Assembly (NCBI GenBank): GCA_002269645.1
Contig: NIVC01002696.1
Coordinates: 1 to 64,000, forward strand
Length of the DNA: 64,000 nucleotides
Source of the DNA: Macrostomum lignano
Taxonomy: Eukaryota
Direction of reading: 5' to 3'
Within the stretch, counting starts at the first letter, position 1; each line of letters starts with the position of its first letter. The notes under the pieces are model-generated. The model saw only the letters and a program-made list of their open reading frames with translations, had not been told where the DNA came from and did not search any database. Of this stretch, positions 14,991-28,620 are shown in pieces. The translations under genes and the position numbers were made by a program.

Positions 14991-16289
14991 ATTATTGAGA
15001 CACTGTAACACAGGACATTGAAAAGCTTTTTCCAACTGACCTCGATAATGTACACTACAGAAAGCTTGCTTGCCCCCCTCCTCCAAAATCCAGGACACAA
15101 GACAGACGGGCTCGCACTGGGCCACCATCGGAGCAAACAAGGATGCACCCGAAGTTGGAAGTGATTGCGAATATAGAAGTAGAAGAATACTCATGAAAAA
15201 CGTAGTGGCTAATTCTGTAGGAACTGAGCTTTGCATATCCCAACTCGCATTGGGTTGGGGAAGGGCGGGGGAGAGGATAAATGAGGCCAGGGGCGAGAAT
15301 CCCCCCCCTCTCTTCCCCATAAGCCTCTGCTGACTGGCTGATTATAGGATGATAACCGATGCAACGCAGCTTCAAATTCTGTCTCCCAGAAGCTCCGGAT
15401 CAGGTTATCCGTACAGAACTATCCCCATAGAAATCATTCTTCTTGTTAAAACTCTCTGCGGCAGCCATCAACCTGTGAAGCGCTCGGGAAAATTTGTTGC
15501 TCTTGGCAGTGTGTGACAGAGCTGGTCTTGGTTCTCTGAAGCTTCTATAAAAGGTGAGGAAGTAATTTAAGGCAACCAAGTGATAGCTCTCTTGATTCAG
15601 CAACGTTTCCTTTGGTAAGTTATGTAATTTTACCTGACTTATATTTCATATACGCATTGGATTGAATTGCGTTTCTTTTTTCATATCATGGTAAAATGAA
15701 TAGAATGTATTGCTAGTCTAGTCAACAAGCCTAAATAATTCATTTTTTAATTGACAGCTGACTACCTTTTACAATTTATAATTTAAGGTAAAGTTTCTAG
15801 AAAATCGAAAAATTCCCTACTAAGATTGAAAGATATTTGAAGAGGCCATTGCCATGTGCTCCAGAGCTAGCACTGCTCAGGCTGTTGCTCGGGTTGCATA
15901 TATTGATTGCCGATAGTTTGCCCAATCAAGAAGCCAATGCTGGATGGAAGCCTTGTTGCTGCCTCTAGTAGAAGAAATATGTCCTATCCTACTCGTAATT
16001 TCATACTGAATGCATTTCAACGTGACTTCTGGTTTTCTTCTTGTTGCAAAGTTTTTAATGCGTGCTTTACGAGACAGACAGCAATAGTAGGAGAAATGCT
16101 GAGAATTCAGCTGACAGGAAATTTGTCCAAGGCCGCTCTATTGTGCAATCAGTTTTTCTATCATGGAGAAGAAGATTTTCATTTTTTTTAATTGTACTCA
16201 CACGTGACAGAAGGACTGGCTACTGACATTGTGGGCAACCCGATCTTCTATTGAGGAGGGGGAGGGACACATGGAAGAGGGTGAATGAA

Positions 16290-17280
16290 GGGGAAAGGGG
16301 GAGAGAGGATAGGAGAGAAGAGAGGAGAGAGAGAAAAGGAGAGAGAAGGGAGAGGATAGACGAGAGAGAGAAGGGAGAGGGGAGAGAGAAGTGAGAGGGA
16401 GAGGAGAGAGAGAAGGGAGAGGGAGAGAGGAGAGAGAAGGGAGAGGGGAGAGAGGAGAGAGAAGGGAGAGTAGAGAGGGAGAGAGAAGGGAGAAGGGAGA
16501 GGGGAGAGAGAAGGGAGAGGGGAGAGGGGAGAGAGAAGGGAGAGGGGAGAGGGGAGACAGAAGGGAGAGGAGAGAGGGGAGAGAGAAGGGAGAGGGGAGA
16601 GGGGAGAGAGAAGGGAGAGTAGAGAGGAGAGAGAGAAGGGAGAGTAGAGAGGGGAGAGAGAAGGGAGAGGGAGAGGGGAGAGAGAAGGGAGAGGGGAGAG
16701 GGGAGAGAGAAGGGAGAGGGGAGAGGGGAGAGAGAAGGGAGAGGGGAGAGAGAAGTGAGAGGGGAGAGGGGAGAGAGAAGGGAGAGGGGAGAGGGGAGAG
16801 AGAAAGGAGAGGAGAGAGGGGAGAGATTGGAGACAGAAGGGAGAGGGGAGAGAGAAGGGAGAGGGGAGAGGGGAGAGAGAAGGGAGAGGGGAGAGGGGAG
16901 ACAGAAGGGAGAGGAGAGAGGGGAGAGAGAAGGGAGAGGAGAGAGGGGAGAGAGAAGGGAGAGTAGAGAGGAGAGAGAGAAGGGAGAGTAGAGAGGGGAG
17001 AGAGAAGGGAGAGGGGAGAGGGGAGAGAGAAGGGAGAGGGGAGAGGGGAGAGAGAAGCGAGAGGGGAGAGGGGAGAGAGAAGGGAGAGGGGAGAGAGAAG
17101 TGAGAGGGGAGAGGGGAGAGAGAAGGGAGAGGGGAGAGGGGAGAGAGAAAGGAGAGGAGAGAGGGGAGAGATTGGAGACAGAAGGGAGAGGGGAGAGAGA
17201 AGGGAGAGGGGAGATAGGAGAGAGAAGGGAGAGGAGAGAGGGGAGAGAAGTTAAGAGGGGTGAGAGAAGAGGAGAGAGGG
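16290..17280. repeat. Polypurine GA-rich minisatellite (GGGAGAGGGGAGAGAGAA variants)
   Basis: Almost only G and A on the + strand; overlapping ORFs are low-complexity artefacts. Confidence 0.95.
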
Positions 17281-18039
17281 GGAAGCTTCAAAACTTCAAA
17301 ATGTAAGTAGATGTATATAATTTAGCTAGAAAATAAGTTTGAATAAACCGTTAGGCTCTACTGCAGCGCACTACTGTATCTAAGGCTGAAACACACGCTC
17401 GTACACGATCATTCAGGTATTGTAGTAAGGTTATTTTATGTTTATAAAAACCATAAAACTATCTATAAAGTTTGCTATGCCAGTTTACTGTTTTATAGTT
17501 TAGTTTTTTTGTCTCCATGAGCCGCAGTCCCAGTGCCTAGATGTTGGGTTTGGGCGACCATGAGAAATATCAAATATGTCTTATGAATAATTGAACTGCT
17601 CAACTCACAGTGGGTGTGGCCTTTAGACCAAGGACTTCTAGGTGTAGCATCGGTGGACTGGAAGCTTTAAAAATGGTGTAAGCTGGATTCCCAACAAGTG
17701 AGGACAGTCATATTAAAGCATGTATGAGTGTTGTGCCTGCGTTACAGTATTGGCGCGCTTGTGTGTGCTCAGCTAGGAGTCAGCTGACTGGGGCAGAACT
17801 GCCGTCAGCGCAGGGCGTTGTGGGGAGCTGCGCGATGCGGGAGCTGCACCAGCCCATTTATGGGCAATAAACCGGTGCTAAAGTGCACACCCGAGCCAAA
17901 AGGCGTGTAGGATTATTTGCTGAAGAAATTTATTATTGGGAGAGCACAAGGTGGCATTGCAAGGGTGAGCAGGGTGGCGCGCTTATCAGTGCCATTGCCG
18001 TTTTATTACCATCTCTGTTTAGCGCCATTTCTATTTCAC

Positions 18040-19190
18040 GCCATCTATGTTTGGCGCCCAGCTCGATTTTGCGCCATCTCTGTTTGGCGCTATCTGTGTT
18101 TGGTGCCATCATTGTTTGGCGCCATCTCTGTTTGGTGCCATCTCTATTTGACACTCAGCGTAGATTTGGCGTCATCTCTGTTTGGCGCCATCTCTCTTTG
18201 GTTCGATCTCTTTTTGGTTCCATCTCTATTTGGCGCCATCTCTATTTGGTTCGATCTCTTTTTGGTTCCATCTCTATTTGGCGCCATCTCTATTTGGTTC
18301 GATCTCTTTTTGGTTCCATCTCTATTTGGCGCCATCTCTGTTTGGTTCAATCTCTTTTTGGTTCCATCTCTATTTGGCGCCATCTCTATTTGGTTCGATC
18401 TCTTTTTGGTTCCATCTCTATTTGGCGCCATCTCTATTTGGTTCGATCTCTTTTTGGTTCCATCTCTTTTTGGCGCCATCTCTGTTTGGTTCAATCTCTT
18501 TTTGGTTCCATCTCTATTTGGCGCCATCTCTATTTGGTTCGATCTCTTTTTGGTTCCATCTCTTTTTGGCGCCATCTCTGTTTGGTTCAATCTCTTTTTG
18601 GTTCCATCTCTATTTGGCGCCATCTCTATTTGGTTCGATCTCTTTTTGGTTCCATCTCTATTTGGCGCCATCTCTATTTGGTTCGATCTCTTTTTGGTTC
18701 CATCTCTATTTGGCGCCATCTCTATTTGGTTCGATCTCTTTTTGGTTCCATCTCTATTTGGCGCCATCTCTATTTGGTTCGATCTCTTTTTGGTTCCATC
18801 TCTATTTGGCGCCATCTCTATTTGGTTCGATCTCTTTTTGGTTCCATCTCTATTTGGCGCCATCTCTATTTGGTTCGATCTCTTTTTGGTTCCATCTCTA
18901 TTTGGCGCCATCTCTATTTGGTTCGATCTCTTTTTGGTTCCATCTCTATTTGGCGCCATCTCTATTTGGCGCCATCTGTTTGGTGCCCAGCTCGATTTGG
19001 CGTCATCTCTGTTTGGCGCCATCCCCGTTTAGCGCCATCTTTGTTTGGCGCCATCTTTGTTTGGCGCCATCTCTGCTTGACACCCAGCGTGGATTTGGCG
19101 TCATCTCTGTTTGGTTTCATCTCTGTTTAGCCCCATCTCTGGCGCCCAGCTCGATTAGGCGCCATCTCTATTTGGCGCCATCTCAGCATT
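18040..19190. repeat. Minisatellite: 16-bp monomers forming a 48-bp three-monomer higher-order unit
   Basis: GGCGCCATCTCTATTT / GGTTCGATCTCTTTTT / GGTTCCATCTCTATTT recurring in a fixed order. Confidence 0.9.
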
Positions 19191-19194
19191 CTTA

Positions 19195-21871
19195 TTACCA
19201 GTTTGCACTAAAGGAGAATATTGCTGTCTTCTTGTCAATCTCGTAATGGAAGCTGCACGTTTAGGGAAGGAGACAGAAAAAAACTTGAAGCAATTTCCCA
19301 AATTGATTTTTCCCCTTCTCTTCTACTTTAGCCAGCCTACCCTCTGGAAGGATGTGTCGAGAAGGATGAAGAGCAATTATGAGCACTTAAAGATGGAGCC
19401 AAGCATCCAGCTAAGCATCCTGAGGTTATTCCTGCTGAATATTTTAGCAATTCTAGTTGCCTGTAGATACTAAATAGGCTCAGCACTATACTAATTATCT
19501 TTTCGGTTGTTTAAGGCCAATGCAGTTTATTCTTTAGAACCTCTGATCAATCCATTAATCGCATAGAAGTCTGTTTGAATTGGTTTTGCAATGAATAGCA
19601 AGTGACTTGATGCGCTCAGCAAAAAAGTAGATAAATAGATTGAGACTAGATAGAATGAGATTGGATAGGGTGAGATTGGATAGAGTGAGATCGGATAGAG
19701 TGAGATTGGATAGGGTGTGATTTGATAGAGTGAGATTGGATAGAGTGAGATTGGATAGGGTGAGATTGGATAGGGTGAGATTGGATAGGGTGAGATTGGA
19801 GGGTGAGATTGGATAGGGTGGGGTTGGATAGGGTGAGATTGGAGGGTGAGATTGGATAGGGTGGGGTTGGATAGGGTGAGATTGGATAGAGTGAGATTGG
19901 ATAGGGTGAGATTGGATAGGGTAAGACTGGATAGGGTGAGATTGGATAGGGTGAGATTGGATAGAGTGAGATAGGATTTTTTTAATTAGAGGCAGGGGGT
20001 TGTGTGCACCCTGGCGCACTTTAAGCGACATTGGCACACAACCGGCGAGAGGCATTGCTGCCCATTCCGCCGACTCCCCTGAGCAGGCATACAAGCGCAC
20101 GCGTACGCAGGCACACACTCAGGTACAGGTAGGTACAGGTACAGCTGTACCGCAGGTACAGCGGCCCTAACTTTATTTTATCGTCAGGCATGTACACCTC
20201 ACTGTGCCTTGAGGGGTTGGCTCTCAAGGCCGTTAATTGCACGAGCAGAGCCAAGCCGAGATTCCAATTCAGCCCCAAATTAATGTGACTGCACTTGGAA
20301 TCGAGCCTGGGTCGCTGGCACACCAGAGCCTGCGCTAGACCGCTTGGCTACGGCCTCCCGAGTGAGATTGGATAGGGTGAGATTGGATAGGGTGAGATTG
20401 GAAAGGGTGAGATTGGATAGGGATAAGATTAGATAGAATGAGATAAGAAAGGTTGAGATTGGAAAGGCTGATATTGGATGGTGCGAGATCAGATAGGATG
20501 GGATTGGATAAGGGTGAGATTGGATAGGATGAGATTGGATAGATTGCGATCTGAAAGGATGAGGTTGGATGAAATATTCCCAGCAGCTAGGATTAGCATA
20601 GCCGCAGTCGAATCAGCCTCATTGACAGCAGACAGATCCGCTTCATCAGCATTCATATTTTTCGATTTCCACATCGGGGCAAAGAAACTAATAGCAATTT
20701 CCAAGAAACGGGACTGGCCTCGAGGAAGTGGAAAAGAAGAGAAATTAACTAAATTTAGCATTTCTGCAGCCGCATGAGGATCGAGGTACGAGCTTGAGCA
20801 TGAGAATCAAGCAGGACTATCATAATTCCCCAGATACCGAGTGCTGGGCTCCTTCTTCCTCCTCGCTCTATCAGGCGGCGCCCACTTTGATCGGTCGAAT
20901 TCCACGATAATTGGGAAAGTGATGAGGCGGAGGAGAAGAGGGATGCTGGGCTGAGTTGTCGGCTTCAATCTATCCCCTACCTATCATATTTCTTGAAGTT
21001 GAACCAGCCAAGCCACGCCCATCGCGTGTAATTTTAGTCCCACTTTTTCATGTGTGTGTGTGTGCTACTAACCAGTGAATTTGTATTCCACGAATATGCT
21101 GCATCTGATCACGCAGCATCGTCTTTTTATGCCGATCTAACTAAAAATATATCCATGGCAACGCTTTAGTAACTATACCATAGCAACCAACTAGTAACCG
21201 CACCCTAGCAACCCCCAGCAAAGCATACCCTAGCAACTCTGAACCTAGCTCATGGTATCCATTCCCTCATTGAGAATCGCCCCTTAGTCAATCACTGAGA
21301 ATCGCCCCTTAGTCATTGAGAATCGCCTCTTAGTAGCAACTACCTAGTAACTATTCCCTAGTAACCACCTAGTAACTATACCCTAGTAAACACCTAGTAA
21401 CAATTCCCTAGCAACCCCCTAGTAACTATTCCCTAACATCTACCTAGTAACTATACCGTAGCAACCACCTAGTAACTATACCCTAGCAACCACCTAGTAA
21501 CTATACCCTAGCAACCACCTGGTAAACACCTGGTAACCATACCTAGTAACCACACAGTAAGCATCATCCTAACAAAATCTAGAAGCCATACCCTACCCTA
21601 CCTTATGGGATATAATTATAATCCGACTCTATAAGTACACGCTTCTTACTGAACCAACACCTACAGAATGCATGCATTCCGCGTGGTTAAGCATATGTAA
21701 CGATTTATCGCCGAAGCGTTCACAAGTGCGAGCTATCACAGAAATGGCACAGATAATTATCACTAACTCAGCGAACCCAATCATCAAGCGCGTCAAGTTT
21801 GATCTGAAAAAGCTCAACTCGATGAAGCAGACTTCATTCTCCTGGAGGCTGGATCCAACTGTCTTATCCAG
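19195..21871 (-). CDS. Possible spliced gene of unknown function (candidate exons about 21871-21661, 20719-20580, 19465-19325, 19257-19195)
   Basis: Open frames with plausible AG/GT boundaries and one hydrophobic segment (LMIGFAELVIIICAISVIA); no recognisable family. Confidence 0.25.
19645..20570. repeat. 15-bp minisatellite (GAGATTGGATAGGGT) interrupted by SINE copy 2
   Basis: Arrays at about 19645-19975 and 20360-20570. Confidence 0.9.
19977..20359 (-). mobile_element. tRNA-derived SINE, copy 2 (full length, with A-rich tail)
   Basis: Reverse complement starts GGGAGGCCGTAGCCAAGCGG (A box), contains GGCTCGATTCC (B box) and ends AATTAAAAAAA; homologous to 12064-12407. Confidence 0.75.
21300..21560. 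repeat. Degenerate short tandem repeat (CTAGTAACTATACC / CTAGCAACCAC)
   Basis: Visible repeated motifs. Confidence 0.7.
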
Positions 21872-22344
21872 CTGTAGAAGACAAAACAAGCAAAGGAAGA
21901 TGAAGAGAGAGAGAGAGAGAGAGAGAGGGATAGATGAATGCTTGACCTCGCCGGGTGAAACATCCCCCCTGTTCGATATGCATCGCTTCTACTGTCGCAG
22001 ATCCTTCAACTGTAACCCTCGCCTCTCAATTCCCTATCTCAGAGCAGCCGGAATAATTAATTCAATTCCCAAAAGGCGAGAAGGCGAGAAAGCGAGAGCG
22101 GAAGAGCGGGTCGGGAGAACAGAGAGTAGCAGCAAGAGGAGGGGGCGGGTTATTAGATATTTGGTAGCTGGATGGCCACTCAACCTATTTTTGGAGACGT
22201 CTTGCGGCTAAAGAGAAGGGGTTTACGTGAATCCAACGACCTATCGCTTAAACATCTTGATAAACAAGTATATTCTTCAATTGTTATATCACTCGTGAAT
22301 TCCAGGAGAATAAAGAAGTACGACCTCCAACGAGCGACTCAGCC

Positions 22345-22660
22345 AGTGACCAACCCATCGAGTGACCAACCCATCGAGTGACCAACCCATCGAGTGACCA
22401 ACCCATCGAGTGACCAACCCATCGAGTGACCAACCCATCGAGTGACCAACCCATCGAGTGACCAACCCATCGAGTGACCAACCCATCGAGTGACCAACCC
22501 ATCGAGTGACCAACCCATCGAGTGACCAACCCATCGAGTGACCAACCCATCGAGTGACCAACCCATCGAGTGACCAACCCATCGAGTGACCAACCCATCG
22601 AGTGACCAACCCATCGAGTGACCAACCCATTGAGTTACCAAACCATCCAGTGACCAACCC
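22345..22660. repeat. 16-bp tandem repeat AGTGACCAACCCATCG, about 19 copies
   Basis: Near-perfect array. Confidence 0.95.
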
Positions 22661-22757
22661 ATCAAATTTTTAACTAATCAATGGACTAACAGAAAAAATC
22701 AGGCCAGCACAACTTAACAAAACCTTTTGACTCTAATTGAAAACAATAAACAAAAAT

Positions 22758-25700
22758 ATGGCTACAACTCGCGCTCTGGGCACAATATTCATGCTAATTG
22801 GTATTCTGGCATCAATAGTGAGTCTGGCCACTTCATCTTGGCGCAATATTCACGTGCACTATGGGCAAGGCAGATCTACAGAAGTCCAGCCGTTGTCAGA
22901 CGGTATTCAGATTAAAGAGCACGACAATTATCAAAACACAAATGGTTAGTACTGTGGCTTTATTATAATCCTACATAAAACCTACTCGCAGTAATTGGAT
23001 TAAAATCCGCAGTCATTCGCATTGTGCTCAGCCTGGCGGCTCTTGGCACCGGACTCGCTTGCGTTGCATTCTGCCTGGAGATCGTTCGAATACTCCGCCG
23101 CGACGGTCAAGCTTCCGACTGCATTCTGATGATTGAGTTTGTCTGCTCGGCTATTGCTGGTAAAGTTACATTTTCCTGTATATATTTTAATTCTCGCTTT
23201 GAGAATGGTCACAATTTAATGAAGTTTGGATTTTGTCTACCCAAACTCCAAGTGTATTAACTTGTGGTTGGTTTATGAAGTGACTTGTTTAAGAAGTGTA
23301 TTGTTAAGTAAGTGTCGTGTTTGGTAAGTGTCTTGTTTGGTAAGTGTCTTGTTTGGTAAGTGTCTTGTTTGGTAAGTGTCTTGTTTGGTAAGTGTCTTGT
23401 TTGGTAAGTGTCTTGTTTGGTAAGTGTCGTGTTTGGTAAGTGTCTTGTTTGGTAAGTGTCTTGTTTGGTAAGTGTCTTGTTTGGTAAGTGTCTTGTTTGG
23501 TAAGTGTCTTGTTTGGTAAGTGTCTTGTTTGGTAAGTGTCTTGTTTGGTAAGTGTCTTGTTTGGTAAGTGTCTTGTTTGGTAAGTGTCTTGTTTGGTAAG
23601 TGTCTTGTTTGGTAAGTGTCTTGTTTGGTAAGTGTCTTGTTTGGTAAGTGTCTTGTTTGGTAAGTGTCTTGTTTAGTAAGTGTCTTGTTTGGTAAGTGTC
23701 TTGTTTGGTAAGTGTCTTGTTTGGTAAGTGTCTTGTTTGGTAAGTGTCTTGTTTGGTAAGTGTCTTGTTTGGTAAGTGTCTTGTTTGGTAAGTGTCTTGT
23801 TTGGTAAGTGTCTTGTTTGGTAAGTGTCTTGTTTGGTAAGTGTCTTGTTTGGTAAGTGTCTTGTTTGGTAAGTGTCTTGTTTGGTAAGTGTCTTGTCTGG
23901 TAAGTGACTTGTTTGGTAAGTGACTTGTTTGGTAAGTGACTTGTTTGGTAAGTGACTTGTTTGGTAAGTGACTTGTTTGGTAAGTGACTTGTTTGGTAAG
24001 TGTCTTGTTTGGTAAGTGACTTGTTTGGTAAGTGACTTGTTTGGTAAGTGACTTGTTTGGTAAGTGACTTGTTTGGTAAGTGTCTTGTTTGGTAAGTGTC
24101 TTGTTTGGTAAGTGTCTTGTTTGGTAAGTGTCTTGTCTGGTAAGTGACTTGTTTGGTAAGTGACTTGTCTGGTAAGTGACTTGTTTGGTAAGTGACTTGT
24201 TTGGTAAGTGACTTGTTTGGTAAGTGACTTGTTTGGTAAGTGACTTGTTTGGTAAGCCTTGTTTGGTAAGTGACTTGTTTGGTAAGTGACTTGTTTGGTA
24301 AGTGACTTGTTTGGTAAGTGACTTGTTTGGTAAGTGTCTTGTTTGGTAAGTGTCTTGTTTGGTAAGTGACTTGTTTGGTAAGTGTCTTGTCTGGTAAGTG
24401 ACTTGTTTGGTAAGTGACTTGTTTGGTAAGTGACTTGTTTGGTAAGTGACTTGTTTGGTAAGTGACTTGTTTGGTAAGTGACTTGTTTGGTAAGTGACTT
24501 GTTTGGTAAGCCTTGTTTGGTAAGTGACTTGTTTGTGTAAGTGACTTGTTTGGTAAGTGACTTGTTTGGTAAGTGACTTGTTTGGTAAGTTACTTGTTTG
24601 GTAAGTGCCTTGTTTGGTAAGTGACTTGTTTGGTAAGTGTCTTGTTTGGTAAGTGTCTTGTTTGGTAAGTGTCTTGTTTGGTAAGTGACTTGTTTGGTAA
24701 GTGACTTGTTTGGTAAGTGACTTGTTTGGTAAGCCTTGTTTGGTAAGTGACTTGTTTGGTAAGTGACTTGTTTGGTAAGTGACTTGTTTGGTAAGTGTCT
24801 TGTTTGGTAAGTGTCTTGTTTGGTAAGTGTCTTGTTTGGTAAGTGACTTGTTTGGTAAGTGTCTTGTCTGGTAAGTGACTTGTTTGGTAAGTGACTTGTT
24901 TGGTAAGTGACTTGTTTGGTAAGTGACTTGTTTGGTAAGTGACTTGTTTGGTAAGTGACTTGTTTGGTAAGTGACTTGTTTGGTAAGCCTTGTTTGGTAA
25001 GTGACTTGTTTGTGTAAGTGACTTGTTTGGTAAGTGACTTGTTTGGTAAGTGACTTGTTTGGTAAGTTACTTGTTTGGTAAGTGCCTTGTTTGGTAAGTG
25101 ACTTGTTTGGTAAGTGCCTTGTTTGGTAAGTGACTTGTTTGGTAAGTGCCTTGTTTGGTAAGTGCCTTGTTTGGTAAGTGACTTGTTTGGTAAGTGACTT
25201 GTTTGCTAAGTGACTTGTTTGGTAAGTGACTTGTTTGGTAAGTGATCGACTTGTTAGTGAAGTGTGTTGTTTGGAAAGCGTCTAGTTTGCAAAGTCAGCA
25301 GTTCTTTGATTCTTCGGCTTTGAGATGTCTTAAGCATCGCATGAGTCATCCAAGAAAAAACCTCCTTATCCTCGTCGTTCAGCTCCAAGTCAGATCGGAG
25401 CCGTGTCCGTCTTCGCCTACTTCTTCGTTGTACACGCTTCGTCGGCGGCTCTCCAGGCCGAGGCAGAGCCGCGCCTGTCGCACCTGCTGAACCTGGTGGT
25501 CATCGGAGCCACCAGCTGGCGAGCCGTGCCGGGGTTCAGCTTCTACCTGATGCTGTGCAGCATACTGTGCCTAACCATCGCCGCCTGCGTGCTCTGCTAC
25601 GAGCTCTGCCACCGGGAAGAGCGTCGCAGGCGACGAATCGAGCTTCAGCAGCTTCATCAGCAGCAGCTGCTTCAGCGTCGGCGAAGCAGCGCTAAGCGCG

Positions 25701-26224
25701 CCTCGCTGGCCCCGTCGCATAACCAGCTGCCGCCACTGCCCGACCTGTTCGTCACCGAGGAGCTGCCGGTGCCGCACTGCTTGGTCCGACGCTCGCGCTC
25801 GTCGTCGATCAATTCGCAGCGCAGCGTCAGCCAGAATTCGCAGCGCAGCGGCTCCGTGTCCACCGCCGGCGGAGCCACAGTCGGCTGTCCGCACAGACGG
25901 TGCAATTCCGTCCGCTCGAGTCCCGGCACAAATCGGACGCCTGGAAGCCGGCGCGCCAGTCGAGCGAGCGCCGGTGCCGGCGCTAGCGGACGCAGCCGAG
26001 AGTCGAGCATCTGCTGCTCCGGCGCTGGAGAGTCGGCGATGCTGCTGCTGCCTCACCAGCATCAGTACCAGCACCAGCACCAGCTCCAGCATCAGCACCA
26101 GCACCAGCATCAGGCGAGCGAAAATCTGCTCACTGTACCGCATGCCTATGCCGCAGCTGTACAGTTCACCGAAGGTGGCGGTGGAGACAGTGAAGATGAC
26201 AACCCGGAACCAGTGCACCTGTGA
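22758..26224 (+). CDS. Claudin/PMP22-superfamily four-TM protein with a long Gln/His/Ser-rich tail; join(22758..22944,22992..23159,25383..26224)
   Basis: Four hydrophobic segments; TM1 followed by SLATSSW; GFSFYL before TM4; phase-consistent GT-AG introns of 47 nt and about 2.2 kb. Confidence 0.65.
23310..25260. repeat. 15-bp intronic satellite GGTAAGTG(T/A)CTTGTTT, about 130 copies
   Basis: Directly visible; T-variant block first, then an A-variant-rich block. Confidence 0.97.
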
Positions 26225-26254
26225 CTCAGTTGCTGACGCAACTTGTCTTAGGCT

Positions 26255-27650
26255 TGACCCATGAAGCTTGACCCAGTACTGACCCATTTTCAATGAAGCT
26301 TGACCCAGAACTGACCCATTTTCAATGAAGCTTGACCCAGTACTGATCCATTTTTAATGAGGCTTGACCCAGTACTGACCCATTTTCAATGAAGCTTAAT
26401 TGACCCAGTACTGACCCATTTTCAATGAAGCCTAATTGACCCAGTACTGACCCATTTTCAATGAAGCTTAATTGATCCAGTACTGACCCATTTTCAATGA
26501 AGCTCGACCCAGTACTGACCCATTTTAATGAGGCTTAATTGATCCAGTACTGACCCATTTTCAATGAAGCTTGACCCAGTACTGACCCATTTTTAATGAG
26601 GCTTGACCCAAAACTGACCCATTTCAATGAAGCTTGACCCAGTACTGACCCATTTTAATGAGGCTTAATTGATCCAGTACTGACCCATTTTTAATGAGGC
26701 TTGACCCAAAACTGACCCATTTTCAATGAAGCTTGACCCAGTACTGACCCATTTTCAATGAAGCTCGACCCAGTACTGACCCATTTTAATGAGGCTTAAT
26801 TGATCCAGTACTGACCCATTTTCAATGAAGCTTGACCCAGTACTGACCCATTTTTAATGAGGCTTGACCCAAAACTGACCCATTTCAATGAAGCTTGACC
26901 CAGTACTGACCCATTTTAATGAGGCTTAATTGATCCAGTACTGACCCATTTTTAATGAGGCTTGACCCAAAACTGACCCATTTTCAATGAAGCTTGACCC
27001 AGTACTGACCCATTTTCAATGAAGCTCGACCCAGTACTGACCCATTTTAATGAGGCTTAATTGATCCAGTACTGACCCATTTTCAATGAAGCTTGACCCA
27101 GTACTGACCCATTTTTAATGAGGCTTGACCCAAAACTGACCCATTTCAATGAAGCTTGACCCAGTACTGACCCATTTTAATGAGGCTTAATTGATCCAGT
27201 ACTGACCCATTTTTAATGAGGCTTGACCCAAAACTGACCCATTTTCAATGAAGCTTGACCCAGTACTGACCCATTTTTAATGAAGCTTGACCCAGTACTG
27301 ACACATTTTCAATAAAGCTTGACCCAGTACTGACCCATTTTTAATGAGGCTTGACCCAAAACTGACCAATTTCAATGAAGCTTGACCCAGTACTGACCCA
27401 TTTTAATGAAGCTTGACCCAGTACTGACCCATTTTAATGAGGCTTAATTGATCCAGTGCTGACCCATTTTTAATGAGGCTTGACCCAAAACTGACCCATT
27501 TTCAATGAAGCTTGACCCAGTACTGACCCATTTTTAATGAAGCTTGACCCAGTACTGACACATTTTCAATAAAGCTTGACCCAGTACTGACCTATTTTTA
27601 ATGAGGCTTGACCCAAAACTGACCCATTTTAAATGAAGCTTGACCCAGTA
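26255..27650. repeat. About 32-bp minisatellite (GACCCAGTACTGACCCATTTTCAATGAAGCTT) with higher-order variant blocks
   Basis: Directly visible. Confidence 0.95.
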
Positions 27651-28339
27651 ATGTTGTTTCTAATTTGTCCGAGACTGACCAACTATTTTGACACATCGCG
27701 ATTCGAACTTGACTTGATTTCAGCAGCCGGCTCTCCGTTACTCATTCTATAATTCATATTTTTATCATCGAGCCATCAAAATATTCATTTCAAAATTTCA
27801 AACGAAATTTACAGACATTGATAGACTTTCCTAGAAATAATTGGCTTGCTGTGACCCTTCTGTTATTGTCCAATTTTGTTGTAAATATAGCTCCTCTACT
27901 ACTCGTCATGACCAGTAGTATCTATGGTTCTATGGCCAAGCGTTTAAATAAACTGGAAAAAGGTTATAAGACAAGTCGATGAGTTCCATATTACAACACA
28001 AAGCGAGTTGTCTATGGCCTGTTTCTCGAGATAAATCCAACTCTTGGATTTTACAAAGACTTAAGTCTCTCTTTTAGGTTAGAGTGGAAATTAAACATTT
28101 ATTGTCTCGAAATATAATTATTAATATAATTTGACAACTGTTCTACTGCTTATATTCTCAACTAAGTCCTACTCAAACAAAACGCGTAAATAGTTGGGAC
28201 AGGACTAGAAGTAATTTTGTGTTACGAAGTATATATCAAAAATATAATAAAATAGAAAGAAATAGAAGGCAAGTAGAATATAAGACTACATAAACACTTT
28301 TAGCATCACCCCCTTGTCAGCAGACATCAGTGGGATATA

Positions 28340-28620
28340 GCAACTGGGATTAAAGCAACTGGGATTAAAGCAACTGGGATTAAAGCAACTGGGATTAAAG
28401 CAACTGGGATTAAAGCAACTGGGATTAAAGCAACTGGGATTAAAGCAACTGGGATTAAAGCAACTGGGATTAAAGCAACTGGGATTAAAGCAACTGGGAT
28501 TAAAGCAACTGGGATTAAAGCAACTGGGATTAAAGCAACTGGGATTAAAACAACTGGGATTAAAGCAACTGGGATTAAAGCAACTGGGATTAAAGCAACT
28601 GGGATTAAAGCAACTGGGAT
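28340..28620. repeat. 15-bp tandem repeat GCAACTGGGATTAAA, about 19 copies
   Basis: Near-perfect array. Confidence 0.95.

Noticed and set aside
16248-19246. Long ORFs of 190-415 aa in GA-rich and 48-bp repeats
   Set aside because: Open in several frames and on both strands because the repeat units lack stops; artefacts
13135-28620. Minisatellite arrays as CRISPR-like loci
   Set aside because: Head-to-tail units without spacers, in a eukaryotic context
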